Origin: Bacteroidota bacterium
GTDB taxonomy: Bacteria > Bacteroidota > Ignavibacteria > UBA10030 > SZUA-254
Direction: 5' to 3'
Assembly: GCA_049515655.1 (NCBI GenBank)
Contig: JBEKTW010000015.1
Span: 23,320-87,319, forward strand
Length of the DNA stretch: 64,000 nucleotides
Shown: positions 19,618 to 30,262 of the stretch, piece by piece
How the letters are laid out: each line of letters starts with the position of its first letter
How positions within the stretch are numbered: the first letter of the stretch is position 1
Made by a program: the position numbers and the translations under genes
The notes under the pieces: generated by a model
Seen by the model: only the letters and a program-made list of their open reading frames with translations
Told to the model about the DNA's origin: nothing
The model's database searches: none

Positions 19618-21138
19618 ATGACCACCGGGAAACAACATACCGTCGGTTCGGCCAGTCGCGACCAGAGCGCAGCTCCGAGAACTGCGGGTTCATGGGACAT
19701 CCTGGAGGCGCTCCCCGACATGTGCTTTGTCGTAACGCAGCCCGGCCACATCGCGAGGGCGAACGAGCGCGCTCTCCGGTTGTTGGGAAAAAAGGAAGCA
19801 GACATTCTGGACTCAGAGTTTTCTGCGCTTCTCACCCCTGCCGACCACGGTCCATTTCTGACTTCGTTTAGTACGTGTTGTGCCGACGGGACTCCTCATG
19901 CGTTCGAAGCAAACCTCGTCACCGCAAAAGGAGAAATGATTGCCGTGGAACTTTTCCTTTCACGGTATACGCAAGGCCCGTTGTCGTCGGACTCTGGTTG
20001 CCTCATTGTCGCGCGGGATATTTCCGAAAGCAAGAAAAAAGAGCTCGACCTTCTCCGTTTTTCAAACGTAGCGCACTACACCGTCAACCCGCTTGAGATC
20101 ACCGATGTCAACGGGCGCATTATCTACGTCAACCCGGCATTCGAGAAGGCGAGTGGCTATTCGAAAGAAGAACTCGTTGGCAAGAATCCCAGTATTTTTG
20201 GCAGCGGGAAACATCCCAGGAGCTTCTGGGAGAAAATGTGGTCCACACTCAATGCAGGCAAAGTATGGGTCGGTGAAATTGAGAACCGCAGGCGGAACGG
20301 CGAGCCGTTCTTTACGCATCTTCTCGTTTCTCCCATCCTCGATGCCAGCGGAAAGGTCAACGGCTATTTTGGCGTCCACCGCGATATTACGAAACAGAAG
20401 CACCTTGAGCAACAGCTTGTCCACGCTCAAAAAATGGAAAGCATCGGGCTGCTTGCCGCCGGCATTGCACATGAAGTCGGCAATCCGCTGACGTCTATTT
20501 CTTCGCTTGTGCAGGTCATTCAGCGAACAACGCAAGATGAGTTCACTCATGAGAAATTGGAACTCATCAAGAGCCAGGTCAACCGGATCTCGAGGATTAT
20601 TCGCGACCTTGTCGATTTTTCGCGCCGGTCCAACTATGAAGTCCAGCTTACCGACATCAACAAGAGTATGCGAGAGGCGGTCGAGATTGTTCGGGTGGGC
20701 AGAAAAGCGAAGGAAATCACTTTCGATGTTCAACTGGACGGGACCATTCCCCCGCTTGCGTTGGTCCCCGATCAGGTTGAGCAGGTGTTCATCAATATTC
20801 TCATTAACGCCGTGGACGCGATCCATGCAAGAACGGATGGTCAGCCATACTCCCCCTCAATGCCCGTTCATGGACAGATCAAAGTGAAAACCATCGTTCG
20901 TGACGAGGAAGTAGTCATCGTTATTACAGATAATGGAAAAGGGATTTCTGAAGATGCTCTCCCCAAAATCTTCGAACCGTTTTATACGACAAAGAAAGTC
21001 GGAGAGGGCACCGGCCTGGGACTGTGGGTGAGCTACGGCATCATCAAGAGTTTTCAGGGAAATGTAAAAGTCGGTAGTGTGCCGGGAACAGGAACGACAT
21101 TTACTATTCTACTTCCGTTGCGTTCCGAATTATCATAA
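19618..21138 (+). CDS. Cytoplasmic PAS-PAS sensor histidine kinase
   Basis: Two PAS domains (second NifL/Aer-like), AHEVGNPL H-box, N/G1/F/G2 boxes. Confidence 0.92.
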   Translation: MTTGKQHTVGSASRDQSAAPRTAGSWDILEALPDMCFVVTQPGHIARANERALRLLGKKEADILDSEFSALLTPADHGPFLTSFSTCCADGTPHAFEANLVTAKGEMIAVELFLSRYTQGPLSSDSGCLIVARDISESKKKELDLLRFSNVAHYTVNPLEITDVNGRIIYVNPAFEKASGYSKEELVGKNPSIFGSGKHPRSFWEKMWSTLNAGKVWVGEIENRRRNGEPFFTHLLVSPILDASGKVNGYFGVHRDITKQKHLEQQLVHAQKMESIGLLAAGIAHEVGNPLTSISSLVQVIQRTTQDEFTHEKLELIKSQVNRISRIIRDLVDFSRRSNYEVQLTDINKSMREAVEIVRVGRKAKEITFDVQLDGTIPPLALVPDQVEQVFINILINAVDAIHARTDGQPYSPSMPVHGQIKVKTIVRDEEVVIVITDNGKGISEDALPKIFEPFYTTKKVGEGTGLGLWVSYGIIKSFQGNVKVGSVPGTGTTFTILLPLRSELS

Positions 21139-21155
21139 CTAACAGGAGCAGCTCT

Positions 21156-22505
21156 ATGTCAGATCGAATTTTGGTCGTGGATGACGAAGAAATTATCAGA
21201 GAATCGATGTCGTTTGTCCTAAGGAAAGAGGGATACACCGTCACCGAAGCAGCAAACGGTAAAGAAGCGTATGATAAACTTCTTGCGGACACGTACGACC
21301 TTGTCATTACCGACCTGGAGATGCCCGAAATGAAGGGGATTGAGTTACTCGACAAGACGATTCAGTTAAACCCGCAATCGCTGGTGATGATCATAACGGC
21401 ATACGGGTCACTCGACACGGCTATCAATGCGTTGCGCAAGGGGGCCTGCGATTACATCCTGAAACCACTCGAATTTGATGAGTTACTGGTGAAAATTCGA
21501 CGATTGCTTGACTACAAGAAACTCACGCTCGAAAACCAGATTCTCCGGAGAGAAGTAAACCGCGAGTACGATTTTTCCCATCTCGTGGGAAAAAGCCCCG
21601 AGATGCAAAAAGTGTTCGACATCATTCAGAAAGTCTCCGGGACGGAAAGCACGGTCCTCGTTTCAGGAAAAAGCGGAACGGGAAAAGAATTGGTCGCCCG
21701 CGCAATTCACTTCAACAGCATGCGCAGTATGAAGCCGTTCATAGCGGTGAACTGCGGGGCAATCCCGGAAACGCTCATCGAGAGTGAGCTGTTCGGCCAT
21801 AAAAAGGGATCGTTTACGGGCGCGGTAATGGATAAGGCAGGTTACTTCAAGGCGGCAGACGGTGGGACACTGTTTCTGGATGAGATCAGCGAAATGCCCC
21901 TTCAATTGCAGGTGAAGCTGCTCCGTGCCATCGAACAACGCGAAATAACACCCGTTGGCACCTCGACGCCCCAGCAAATCGACGTACGATTGATCGCGTC
22001 AACGAACCGCACGTTGCTCGCGGAAGTGGAAGCCGGACGGTTTCGCGAAGACTTATACTATCGGCTGAATGTCGTGGAGATTAAGCTTCCTTCCCTTACC
22101 GAGCGTAAAGCAGATATTCCCCTCCTTGTCGAACATTTCCTTGACAAGTACAGACGGGAACTGCGAAGGAACATCAAAGGCGTGGGCAACGACGTCATGC
22201 TGCTGCTCATGCAACACGAGTGGAAAGGGGAGATTCGGGAACTGGAGAATATCATTGAGCGTGCCATGATTTTTACGGAGGGAGAATTTATTACGCTGAA
22301 GGATCTGCCTGAATTTCTTCATACCGAGCCACGGGTGCAGGTTGACGGCGCTTCGCTTGAAGGCGCCATCAATGATTTCGAAAAGCAATACATCCTGGCT
22401 GTCCTGCGCAAACACGGTTTCGATAAGGAAAAGGCAGCCCGGGACCTTAAGATCAGTCTCCCGACTCTCTACCGACGCATCAAGGATCTGGGAATAACTC
22501 AGTAA
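21156..22505 (+). CDS. Sigma54-dependent NtrC/AtoC-family response regulator
   Basis: REC domain, [27 protein letters not shown]-terminal Fis HTH. Confidence 0.94.
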   Translation: MSDRILVVDDEEIIRESMSFVLRKEGYTVTEAANGKEAYDKLLADTYDLVITDLEMPEMKGIELLDKTIQLNPQSLVMIITAYGSLDTAINALRKGACDYILKPLEFDELLVKIRRLLDYKKLTLENQILRREVNREYDFSHLVGKSPEMQKVFDIIQKVSGTESTVLVSGKSGTGKELVARAIHFNSMRSMKPFIAVNCGAIPETLIESELFGHKKGSFTGAVMDKAGYFKAADGGTLFLDEISEMPLQLQVKLLRAIEQREITPVGTSTPQQIDVRLIASTNRTLLAEVEAGRFREDLYYRLNVVEIKLPSLTERKADIPLLVEHFLDKYRRELRRNIKGVGNDVMLLLMQHEWKGEIRELENIIERAMIFTEGEFITLKDLPEFLHTEPRVQVDGASLEGAINDFEKQYILAVLRKHGFDKEKAARDLKISLPTLYRRIKDLGITQ

Positions 22506-22590
22506 TTTCCCGACGCCGGCTCGTGTCACCGGACGTCGATGATGTCCCCCTCCGCCACCCGCGTGTGCGATCGGGGAAGGCCCTTCAAAT

Positions 22591-22638
22591 TTCTCATATG
22601 TGCAAATCCTGCCCGGAAATTCTTTTCATCCACGAGAA
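22591..22638. promoter_or_regulatory. Paired candidate enhancer sites
   Basis: TTCTCAtatgTGCAAA at 22591 and TTTTCAtccaCGAGAA at 22623. Confidence 0.5.
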
Positions 22639-22740
22639 ACCTCCCAAAAATGTCATCTGGAGAGGATGGGATCTCTTCATTCCTCCCTGATTTGAAGGAT
22701 CCACTCAGCCTGCTGAAACTCCGTGCGAGTGTATGGGGAG

Positions 22741-22756
22741 TGGCACGGAGATTGTA
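22741..22756 (+). promoter_or_regulatory. Sigma54 -24/-12-like promoter (imperfect)
   Basis: TGGCACGGAGATTGTA. Confidence 0.5.
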
Positions 22757-22816
22757 GTTAGAACGAAGAAGAATCTGACCAAAATGGTCAGGTTCGAATA
22801 ATCAGTTGATCCAAAC

Positions 22817-23278
22817 ATGTCTATCATTCGAACATCCCATGAACCAGTGACGCATCCAGGGCGGAAGAGCGTTTCGGATTCCAGGCATTCAACGAACGAG
22901 CACCGCGAAGGAAGGCGGGAGACCATCATCCTGTATAGTCCCGACATGGATCTTTGTCTGAGTCTTCGGTTGTATTTCCAGGAGAAATACAACGTCATCA
23001 CCCTCACAGACCCGGAGCTGCTGGTGACAACGGTGCAAACTTTTCATCCCTCATTGCTTATCGTCGATGCCTTGCCGACGGAACGCATGCGAGAGCGTTT
23101 TGGTAGTATCAAACGCGAAAATCCCGATGTCCGAATCATCGTCTTCTATGCGTCGCATGTTGGCAGGGACCACTTCCATGAACACGTGCAGAACTTTGTT
23201 GATGTAGCACTCTCGAAGCCGATTGAGATAGAAGAACTGGCGAGGTGCATTGAGACCTTAGTGCATGGAGACTCCTGA
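22817..23278 (+). CDS. Atypical stand-alone receiver-domain protein
   Basis: REC-like pattern with LLIVD and SKP, but the N-terminal acidic pair is replaced (ILYSPD). Confidence 0.7.
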   Translation: MSIIRTSHEPVTHPGRKSVSDSRHSTNEHREGRRETIILYSPDMDLCLSLRLYFQEKYNVITLTDPELLVTTVQTFHPSLLIVDALPTERMRERFGSIKRENPDVRIIVFYASHVGRDHFHEHVQNFVDVALSKPIEIEELARCIETLVHGDS

Positions 23279-23405
23279 AGGCTCAATATCACCGATTTGT
23301 GATTCTTGCACTGTAGAAAAGGACCTACCTCGCAGCTCAAAGTGTCTTCGTATGTTCAATTGATAGGACCATCGCTGGGCCATCATGAAGGGAATCGCGC
23401 AAATT

Positions 23406-23517
23406 TTCTCAGTTTTGAAAGGAAGTGATATTTCATTCTTGATTTTGAAAAAAAAGCCGGTTAAATTGGCAAATTGAGCCTTCTAATCGGAGAAAAATGT
23501 TCGGTATAATGTTTGAA
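23406..23517 (+). promoter_or_regulatory. Paired candidate enhancer sites plus weak sigma54-like promoter for the cytochrome operon
   Basis: TTCTCAgtttTGAAAG (23406), TTCTTGatttTGAAAA (23436), CGGTATAATGTTTGAA (23502). Confidence 0.4.
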
Positions 23518-23628
23518 CGTAGGATGCTCCGGTAAGCGCGGCGTAGGGCGTGATAATATGAAAATGAATCCATAGAATTGTCGTGTAAACAATCCATTTC
23601 ATCATCAAACAACAGAAAGGAGTAACCA

Positions 23629-24186
23629 ATGAAGCAACTTCTCACTTTCCTGATGCTCGTTGTGTGCACGTTGTTTCTGACGAGCGGGAGCAGGGCGGAT
23701 GATAAAGCGACCAACAAATATGTTGGCGTGAAGATCTGTTCCATGTGCCACAAGTCGGAGAGCACCGGCAATCAATTTGGCATCTGGCAGAAATCGAAAC
23801 ACGCGGTGGCCTATAAAACTCTCACGAGCGACACAGCCAATGCTATCGCGAAGGCAAAAGGTTTGACGAAGCCCGCGGCGGAATCGCCCGAGTGCCTCGG
23901 ATGTCATACGATCACCGCGGATGCGAAGTTGGCAGACAAATCGTTCGACGCAAAAGACGGCGTGCAGTGCGAGGCGTGCCATGGACCGGGATCATCGTAC
24001 AAGACGATGTCCACGATGAAAGACAAAGCCAAAGCGATTGCAGCGGGCCTGACCGAATACAAGGACGACGCGGCTATTGCAGCGCATTGCCAGACGTGTC
24101 ACAATGATAAGAGCCCCACGAAGAAGGAGTTCATCTTCAAAGATATGTGGGGGAAAATCAAGCATCCGTTACCGAAGAAGTCGTAA
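23629..24186 (+). CDS. Periplasmic tetraheme cytochrome c (c554-like)
   Basis: Signal peptide, YVG..CSMCH, CLGCH, GVQCEACHGPGS, CQTCH; SD aaaggag. Confidence 0.9.
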   Translation: MKQLLTFLMLVVCTLFLTSGSRADDKATNKYVGVKICSMCHKSESTGNQFGIWQKSKHAVAYKTLTSDTANAIAKAKGLTKPAAESPECLGCHTITADAKLADKSFDAKDGVQCEACHGPGSSYKTMSTMKDKAKAIAAGLTEYKDDAAIAAHCQTCHNDKSPTKKEFIFKDMWGKIKHPLPKKS

Positions 24187-24294
24187 CGGGTCGAGATGAT
24201 TCCCTGACTATGTTCTTTGCCAGCCCGCAGAGAGCGCCTCAGACGTGACGGGGGCGACCCTGCCGGCTGGCGTGAACATAATGGTATCCGATGT

Positions 24295-26496
24295 ATGAAA
24301 AGACAAATATTTGATGTACTTGTATGCTTCAGTTTTCTGCTTGTTCTTCGACCGGGAAATGTTCTTGGACAATCCAAAGCTGATTGCCTAACCTGTCACA
24401 GCGACCATTCGCTGACGATGGACAGGAATGGAAAACAACTTTCCATTTTTGTCGACGAATCTGTTCTCAACAAATCACCCCACCAGAAGCTCGTTTGCAT
24501 CGCTTGCCATACCGGATTCGATCTTAACAATGTTCCCCACAAGGAAAAAATCGAACCGGTAAACTGTTTGACCTGTCATAAAGACGCTCCGCCCAAGCAC
24601 ACGTTCCATCCGCAGCTGGCGCAGGCAATCGCTGCCCATCAGGAACCGGACGTCTCCTGCAAAGATTGCCATGGAACGCACGACATCGTGTCGCCAAGAC
24701 TGCCGGAATCGAAATTCTACGAATCCAATGTTGCCCAGACCTGCGGAGAATGTCACGGGGACGTCAAGGACCACTTTGTTGAATCTGCCCACGGGAAAGC
24801 GCTCGCCGCAGGGGTGAAAGGGGCCCCCAACTGCCTTACGTGTCATCGGCACAGCATTACGGGAATCGGTGCGGCGCATGACAGCGTGCAGTACAAAGTG
24901 GCGCAGATGCAACTATGCCTGTCGTGCCATCTCGACAACCCTGACGTTCGCTCGCGAACTTCACCGACCGCGGGATTCATCGCCGCCTATGAGCAGAGCA
25001 TTCACGGTTCATCGCTCCTCCATGGAAATGCGCGCGCTGCAAATTGCGTCGATTGCCATGGCAGTCATGAAATGAAGAAGGGGCTTGAACCTTCGGCCCG
25101 CATGAACAGGATGAACATCCAGGAGACTTGCGCGAAGTGCCACGAAGCGATTGCCAATGAATACGCGCAAAGCGTTCACGGTGTAGCGGTGGCGAAAGGT
25201 AACCAGGATGCACCGGTATGCACAAACTGTCATGGCGAGCATAATATTCTCGCACATACCGACCCTCGTTCAAGCGTATCGGCCAAGAACCTGTCACAGC
25301 AGGTGTGTTCGCCCTGCCATAGCTCGGTGGCGCTTTCAACGAAGTACGGACTCTCGAACGATCGCTTCAAAACATTCTCGGATAGCTATCACGGGCTGGC
25401 AATCCGAGGCGGTTCCATTGAGGTTGCCAACTGCGCGAGTTGTCACGGAGCGCATGGCATTAAGCCGTCGAATGACCCCACATCTAAGACCAACAAGGCG
25501 AACCTCGCAACGACCTGCGGCAGGTGCCATCCTGGAGCGAACGAACGGTTTGCCATAGGCTCAGTCCATGTGACGATGGCGGCAAAACAGGAACCTGTAT
25601 TGTACTGGATCGCCAGCAGCTACATTATTCTGATCGTTGTTGTGGTTGGCGGCATGTTCATCCACAATCTGCTTGATTTCATCCAGAAGTCAAAAAGGAA
25701 ATTGAGAATTCGCCGCGGACTGCTTATCCACGAACAACTCGGTCATAGTCTCTACCTGCGCATGACGCTGAACGAACGCCTTCAGCATCTTTTCTTGCTC
25801 ACGAGTTTCCTGACCCTTGTTATCACCGGCTTCATGCTCCGGTTCCCCGAAGCATGGTGGGTGCAAGCGATCCGCGAGCTCAGTGATCGCGTTTTTGACC
25901 TTCGCAGCCTCATTCATCGTGTTGCAGCCGTAGTTATGGTTACGGCGAGCGTTTACCATCTTCTGTACCTTATCCTGACCGCCCGGGGCAGAGAGCTCTT
26001 CAGGGATTTGATGCCAAAACTCCAGGATGCGAAAGACGCCCTCGGTATTGCGAGATACAACCTCGGCATGTCAAGCGTGAAGCCCCGGTTCGGGAGATTC
26101 AGTTACATCGAGAAAAGCGAATACTGGGCGCTTGTTTGGGGGACCATCGTCATGGCCGCAACCGGAGCGATCATGTGGTTCGATAATACCTTTATCGGCC
26201 TGTTCACCAAGCTCGGTTACGATATTTCCCGCACAATCCACTATTATGAAGCATGGCTCGCGACACTTGCCATTATTGTATGGCACTTTTACTTCGTCAT
26301 TTTCAATCCGGACGTCTACCCAGTTAATCTGGCATTCTGGAAGGGAACGCTGACCGAGGAAGAAATGGCCGATGAACATCCGCTCGAACTGGAAGAGCTT
26401 CACAGCAAGGTGTTGGCAAGAGATCTCAACGGTTCCGGCAATATGGAAGAAGAGTTGAGTCAGGAGTTGCGCAACGGGCAACGAACCGCCGGGTAA
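24295..26496 (+). CDS. 13-heme cytochrome c fused to an FdnI/HydC-type cytochrome b (CbcL-like)
   Basis: 13 CxxCH, then TM domain with ERLQH, IHRVAA, YIEKSEYWALVWG, IHYYEAWLA. Confidence 0.88.
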   Translation: MKRQIFDVLVCFSFLLVLRPGNVLGQSKADCLTCHSDHSLTMDRNGKQLSIFVDESVLNKSPHQKLVCIACHTGFDLNNVPHKEKIEPVNCLTCHKDAPPKHTFHPQLAQAIAAHQEPDVSCKDCHGTHDIVSPRLPESKFYESNVAQTCGECHGDVKDHFVESAHGKALAAGVKGAPNCLTCHRHSITGIGAAHDSVQYKVAQMQLCLSCHLDNPDVRSRTSPTAGFIAAYEQSIHGSSLLHGNARAANCVDCHGSHEMKKGLEPSARMNRMNIQETCAKCHEAIANEYAQSVHGVAVAKGNQDAPVCTNCHGEHNILAHTDPRSSVSAKNLSQQVCSPCHSSVALSTKYGLSNDRFKTFSDSYHGLAIRGGSIEVANCASCHGAHGIKPSNDPTSKTNKANLATTCGRCHPGANERFAIGSVHVTMAAKQEPVLYWIASSYIILIVVVVGGMFIHNLLDFIQKSKRKLRIRRGLLIHEQLGHSLYLRMTLNERLQHLFLLTSFLTLVITGFMLRFPEAWWVQAIRELSDRVFDLRSLIHRVAAVVMVTASVYHLLYLILTARGRELFRDLMPKLQDAKDALGIARYNLGMSSVKPRFGRFSYIEKSEYWALVWGTIVMAATGAIMWFDNTFIGLFTKLGYDISRTIHYYEAWLATLAIIVWHFYFVIFNPDVYPVNLAFWKGTLTEEEMADEHPLELEELHSKVLARDLNGSGNMEEELSQELRNGQRTAG

Positions 26497-26499
26497 GAA

Positions 26500-28539
26500 A
26501 TGGCCACAGGTTCTCGTACACTCGTCCGGTTCGTGCTTCTCGGCGCCATTCTGCCGGCATATCTGACCGCACGTAGCTATGCGCAGGAGAACAATGAATG
26601 CTACACTTGCCACGAAGACAAATCACTGACGGGAAAACGGAATGGTAAAACACTCTCCGTGTTCGTGGAAGCATCTAAATTCTCGGGTTCCGTTCATGGA
26701 TCTTTGAGTTGTATTTCCTGTCATGCAGACCTGGAGAAGAAGGAATTTCCCCACGATGAGGTTCTGAAACCCGTTGATTGTGGAACATGCCATTCGACGG
26801 AACAAGAGCAGCATGTGAAATCGCTTCACGGGAAGGCAATTGCGCGTGGAGATCCGCTCGCACCCCGGTGCAAGAATTGTCACGGGACGCACGACATTCT
26901 TTCGGTGAAAGACAAGAATTCACCTGTTTTTCCGCTGAAAATTCCTTTCACCTGTGGGAAATGTCATCAGGAAGGCGCCCCTGTCCAGCAGCAGCGGGTA
27001 ATCCACCAGGATCACATTCTGGAGAATTTTTCGGAGAGTATCCACGGCGAAGGACTCTTGAAAAAAGGGTTGATTGTCGCACCCAATTGTGCGTCATGCC
27101 ATACGGCCCATTCAATTCTCCCTCATACCGATCCAGCTTCATCGATCGCCCGGAAAAACATCGCAGCCACGTGCACGAAATGCCACGCGATGATCGAGAC
27201 TGTCCATCGCAAGATCATTAAAGGGGAGCTGTGGGAGAAAGAAGCCCACACCCTTCCCGCGTGTGTCGATTGCCACCAGCCCCATAAAATCCGGAAGGTT
27301 TTCTACGACCAGGGAATGGCGGACAAAGACTGCATGCACTGCCACGTGGATAAGACGCTGAAAGCATCCGATGACGGCCGGTCGTTGTTCGTTCGCGCTG
27401 ACGAGGTCGGACAATCCCGGCACGCTAAGATCGCATGCAGCCAGTGTCATTCAGGCGTCAATGCGTCGCATTTGCGACCGTGCGAGACAATCACCCAAAA
27501 GGTCGATTGTTCGTCCTGTCATGCAGAAATTGGCCAGCAGTATCAGAAAAGCACGCATGGAACATTGGTAGCAAAGAACGACCCCAACGCTCCGACATGC
27601 AAAGAGTGTCACGGTACACACAAGGTGCTGGGCAAATCGGACCCGCAATCCGTGACGTTCGCGACAAACGTTCCCGACCTCTGCGCACGGTGTCACCGTG
27701 AAGGACAGCAGGCGGCGATTCGCTACACGGGGAGCGAGCATGAAATCATCGAGCGGTACACTGAAAGCATCCATGGCAAGGGCCTGATGAAAAGCGGACT
27801 GACCGTGACAGCGATGTGCACGAATTGTCACACAGCGCACAGCGTTCTGCCGCGCATCGATTCCGCATCGAGCGTTAACCCGAGAAACTTGCCCACAACC
27901 TGCGGTCGATGTCACCATGGCATTGAAGAACAATTTGAAAAGAGCATTCACTCGGTTCTTGTCTCAACCTCCGGAAAAGAGCTGCCGGTGTGCAACGATT
28001 GCCATACGGCGCATACGATCCGGCGGACAGATGAGCAGGGTTTCAAGCTCGAAATCATGCAGCAGTGCGGGAGATGCCATCAGGAAATAACAAAAACGTA
28101 TTTTGATACGTACCATGGCAAAGTTTCTCAACTGGGATACACAAAGACGGCGAAATGCTACGATTGCCACGGCGCACATGATATTCTTCCAGTTGCGGAC
28201 CCCCGCTCTCACTTAAGCCGCGAGAATGTTGTGGCCACGTGCCAGCAATGCCATCAAGGGGCGACGCGCCGCTTCGCGGGATACCTGACGCACGCAACTC
28301 ACCATGATCCCAAGAAATATCCGTTTTTGTTCTGGACGTTCTGGGGAATGACTACATTGCTCATCGGGACATTTGTTTTTGGCGGGATTCATACGCTGTT
28401 ATGGCTTCCCCGGGCGCTTCAAATGCGACGGGCACAGCGAAAGACTCAGATTTCAATAAATTCAAACGATGGAAACGAAAGATCAAATCAAGACGACAAC
28501 ATCAATCGAAGCGGAGACGGCCCAGACACCCAGGAGTGA
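26500..28539 (+). CDS. 19-heme cytochrome c with C-terminal TM anchor
   Basis: Signal peptide, 19 CxxCH, C-terminal hydrophobic helix containing His (GGIHTLLW). Confidence 0.9.
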   Translation: MATGSRTLVRFVLLGAILPAYLTARSYAQENNECYTCHEDKSLTGKRNGKTLSVFVEASKFSGSVHGSLSCISCHADLEKKEFPHDEVLKPVDCGTCHSTEQEQHVKSLHGKAIARGDPLAPRCKNCHGTHDILSVKDKNSPVFPLKIPFTCGKCHQEGAPVQQQRVIHQDHILENFSESIHGEGLLKKGLIVAPNCASCHTAHSILPHTDPASSIARKNIAATCTKCHAMIETVHRKIIKGELWEKEAHTLPACVDCHQPHKIRKVFYDQGMADKDCMHCHVDKTLKASDDGRSLFVRADEVGQSRHAKIACSQCHSGVNASHLRPCETITQKVDCSSCHAEIGQQYQKSTHGTLVAKNDPNAPTCKECHGTHKVLGKSDPQSVTFATNVPDLCARCHREGQQAAIRYTGSEHEIIERYTESIHGKGLMKSGLTVTAMCTNCHTAHSVLPRIDSASSVNPRNLPTTCGRCHHGIEEQFEKSIHSVLVSTSGKELPVCNDCHTAHTIRRTDEQGFKLEIMQQCGRCHQEITKTYFDTYHGKVSQLGYTKTAKCYDCHGAHDILPVADPRSHLSRENVVATCQQCHQGATRRFAGYLTHATHHDPKKYPFLFWTFWGMTTLLIGTFVFGGIHTLLWLPRALQMRRAQRKTQISINSNDGNERSNQDDNINRSGDGPDTQE

Positions 28540-29371
28540 TCTGAGCGGGAAACAGTTTCAGCGTTTCACCCGGTTGAATAGAACCCTTCATGTCATCATG
28601 ATCATTAGTTTCATGAGTCTGGCTCTTACGGGTATGACGCTCAAGTTTTCCTATACGACATGGGCAGCAGTCCTTTCGCATCTTCTCGGCGGATTTGAGT
28701 CGGCGGGATATATCCACAGGGTTGCCGCAGTGTTCATGATAGGTATCTTTGTGACCCATCTTGTCGATATCATACGGATAAAGCGGGCGGAACACCGGTC
28801 GTGGCGCTCGATGATCTTCGGACCCGACTCGATGATGTTCAACAAGAAAGACCTTCGGGATTTTATCGCGTCGGTAAAATGGTTCCTCGGAAACGATACC
28901 CGCCCGAGGTTCGACCGCTGGACATATTGGGAGAAGTTCGATTACTTTGCGGTATTCTGGGGAATCGCCGTGATCGGCTCGACCGGATTAACACTGTGGT
29001 TTCCCGAATTCTTTACGCGCTTTATTCCCGGGTGGTTTATCAACGTGGCGACAATCATTCACAGCGATGAAGCCTTGCTCGCCGTGGGTTTCATTTTTAC
29101 GGTCCATTTTTTTAATACGCACCTGCGTCCCGAGAAATTTCCCATGGATATTGTTATCTTTACAGGAAGGATGGGCGTGGAAGAACTTGAACGGGATAAA
29201 CCGGGAGAGTACGAAGCGCTCGTCAGGAGTGATAAACTGAGCGAGAATCTCGTTGATCCCTATCCGCCAGTTGTCATCAAGTCGGTGCGGGTTTTCGGAT
29301 GGACGGCACTGACGATAGGTTTTTGTATGGTTGTTTGGATTATTTACGCAATGATTTTTGCATATCGGTGA
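28469..29371 (+). CDS. Cytochrome b subunit (FdnI/HydC-type), partner of the 19-heme cytochrome
   Basis: RTLH, IHRVAA, WTYWEKFDYFAVFWG, IIHSDEALLA, VHFFNTHLRP. Confidence 0.88.
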   Translation: METKDQIKTTTSIEAETAQTPRSDLSGKQFQRFTRLNRTLHVIMIISFMSLALTGMTLKFSYTTWAAVLSHLLGGFESAGYIHRVAAVFMIGIFVTHLVDIIRIKRAEHRSWRSMIFGPDSMMFNKKDLRDFIASVKWFLGNDTRPRFDRWTYWEKFDYFAVFWGIAVIGSTGLTLWFPEFFTRFIPGWFINVATIIHSDEALLAVGFIFTVHFFNTHLRPEKFPMDIVIFTGRMGVEELERDKPGEYEALVRSDKLSENLVDPYPPVVIKSVRVFGWTALTIGFCMVVWIIYAMIFAYR

Positions 29372-29374
29372 ACT

Positions 29375-30262
29375 ATGTATAATTCGATCGTATTAGTCAA
29401 ACAAGTGCCGGACACGGCGAACATCTCCGGAAACGTCATGCGCGAAGACGGCACGGTGAACCGGGCAAAATTGCCGGCAATCTTCAATCATGAGGATAAA
29501 GTCGCCCTGGAGCTGGCGCTCCAGGTCAAAGACAAATTTGGCGGAACAGTGACGGCCATCACGATGGGCCCGCCTAGGGCGTCGGATATTCTTCGTGAGT
29601 GCCTGTACATGGGAGCCGACCGGGTGCATCTCATCAGTGATAGGAAATTCGCGGGCGCCGACACGCTGGCGACGTCGTACGTCCTCAGTGAAACGATACG
29701 AAAGATCGGCAACTACGATTTCATTTTTGCCGGAAGGCAGGCGATCGATGGCGATACCGCACAGGTCGGTCCTCAAACGGCCGAAAAGCTGGGCATCCCT
29801 CAGATCACCTACGCCGAAAAACTCATCGACGTACATGATGGTAGAGTGAAAGTGAAAAGAAAAATCGACGGCGGATTCGAGATCCTGGAGAGCACTCTGC
29901 CCGTGCTGCTGACGGTCATGAAGGACGCCGCCGTGCCGAGGCCCTACAGCGCGAAAAGGATCATGGCCTTCAAAAGCGCCAAGTCGTTGATGGAGCTTGA
30001 AAAACTCGTTGAGGGGAATTCCCTCCTTTATATCGATAAGCTGGTCGATGAGTACAAGACGCGATCATTGTACATTCCAACCCTCACGATGGACGACCTC
30101 CGGCTGGATGCAGATCGCTGCGGCATCAACGGTTCCCCTACGAAAGTTTATAAGATTGAATCCGTCGTACTGACCGGGGGTGAGCATACCATGGTCGAGC
30201 CGACGAAAGCAGGGATGAGCGCGCTGATTGGCAAATTAATGGAAGATCACATTTTTGGATGA
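29375..30262 (+). CDS. etfB: Electron transfer flavoprotein beta subunit
   Basis: KQVPDT, MGPP, FAGADTLATSY, GRQAIDGDTAQVG. Confidence 0.94.
   Translation: MYNSIVLVKQVPDTANISGNVMREDGTVNRAKLPAIFNHEDKVALELALQVKDKFGGTVTAITMGPPRASDILRECLYMGADRVHLISDRKFAGADTLATSYVLSETIRKIGNYDFIFAGRQAIDGDTAQVGPQTAEKLGIPQITYAEKLIDVHDGRVKVKRKIDGGFEILESTLPVLLTVMKDAAVPRPYSAKRIMAFKSAKSLMELEKLVEGNSLLYIDKLVDEYKTRSLYIPTLTMDDLRLDADRCGINGSPTKVYKIESVVLTGGEHTMVEPTKAGMSALIGKLMEDHIFG

Noticed and set aside
19293-19835. ORF-track calls 19336-19569 (+) and 19293-19835 (-)
   Set aside because: No recognisable features; the third plus frame carries the HemN-like signal
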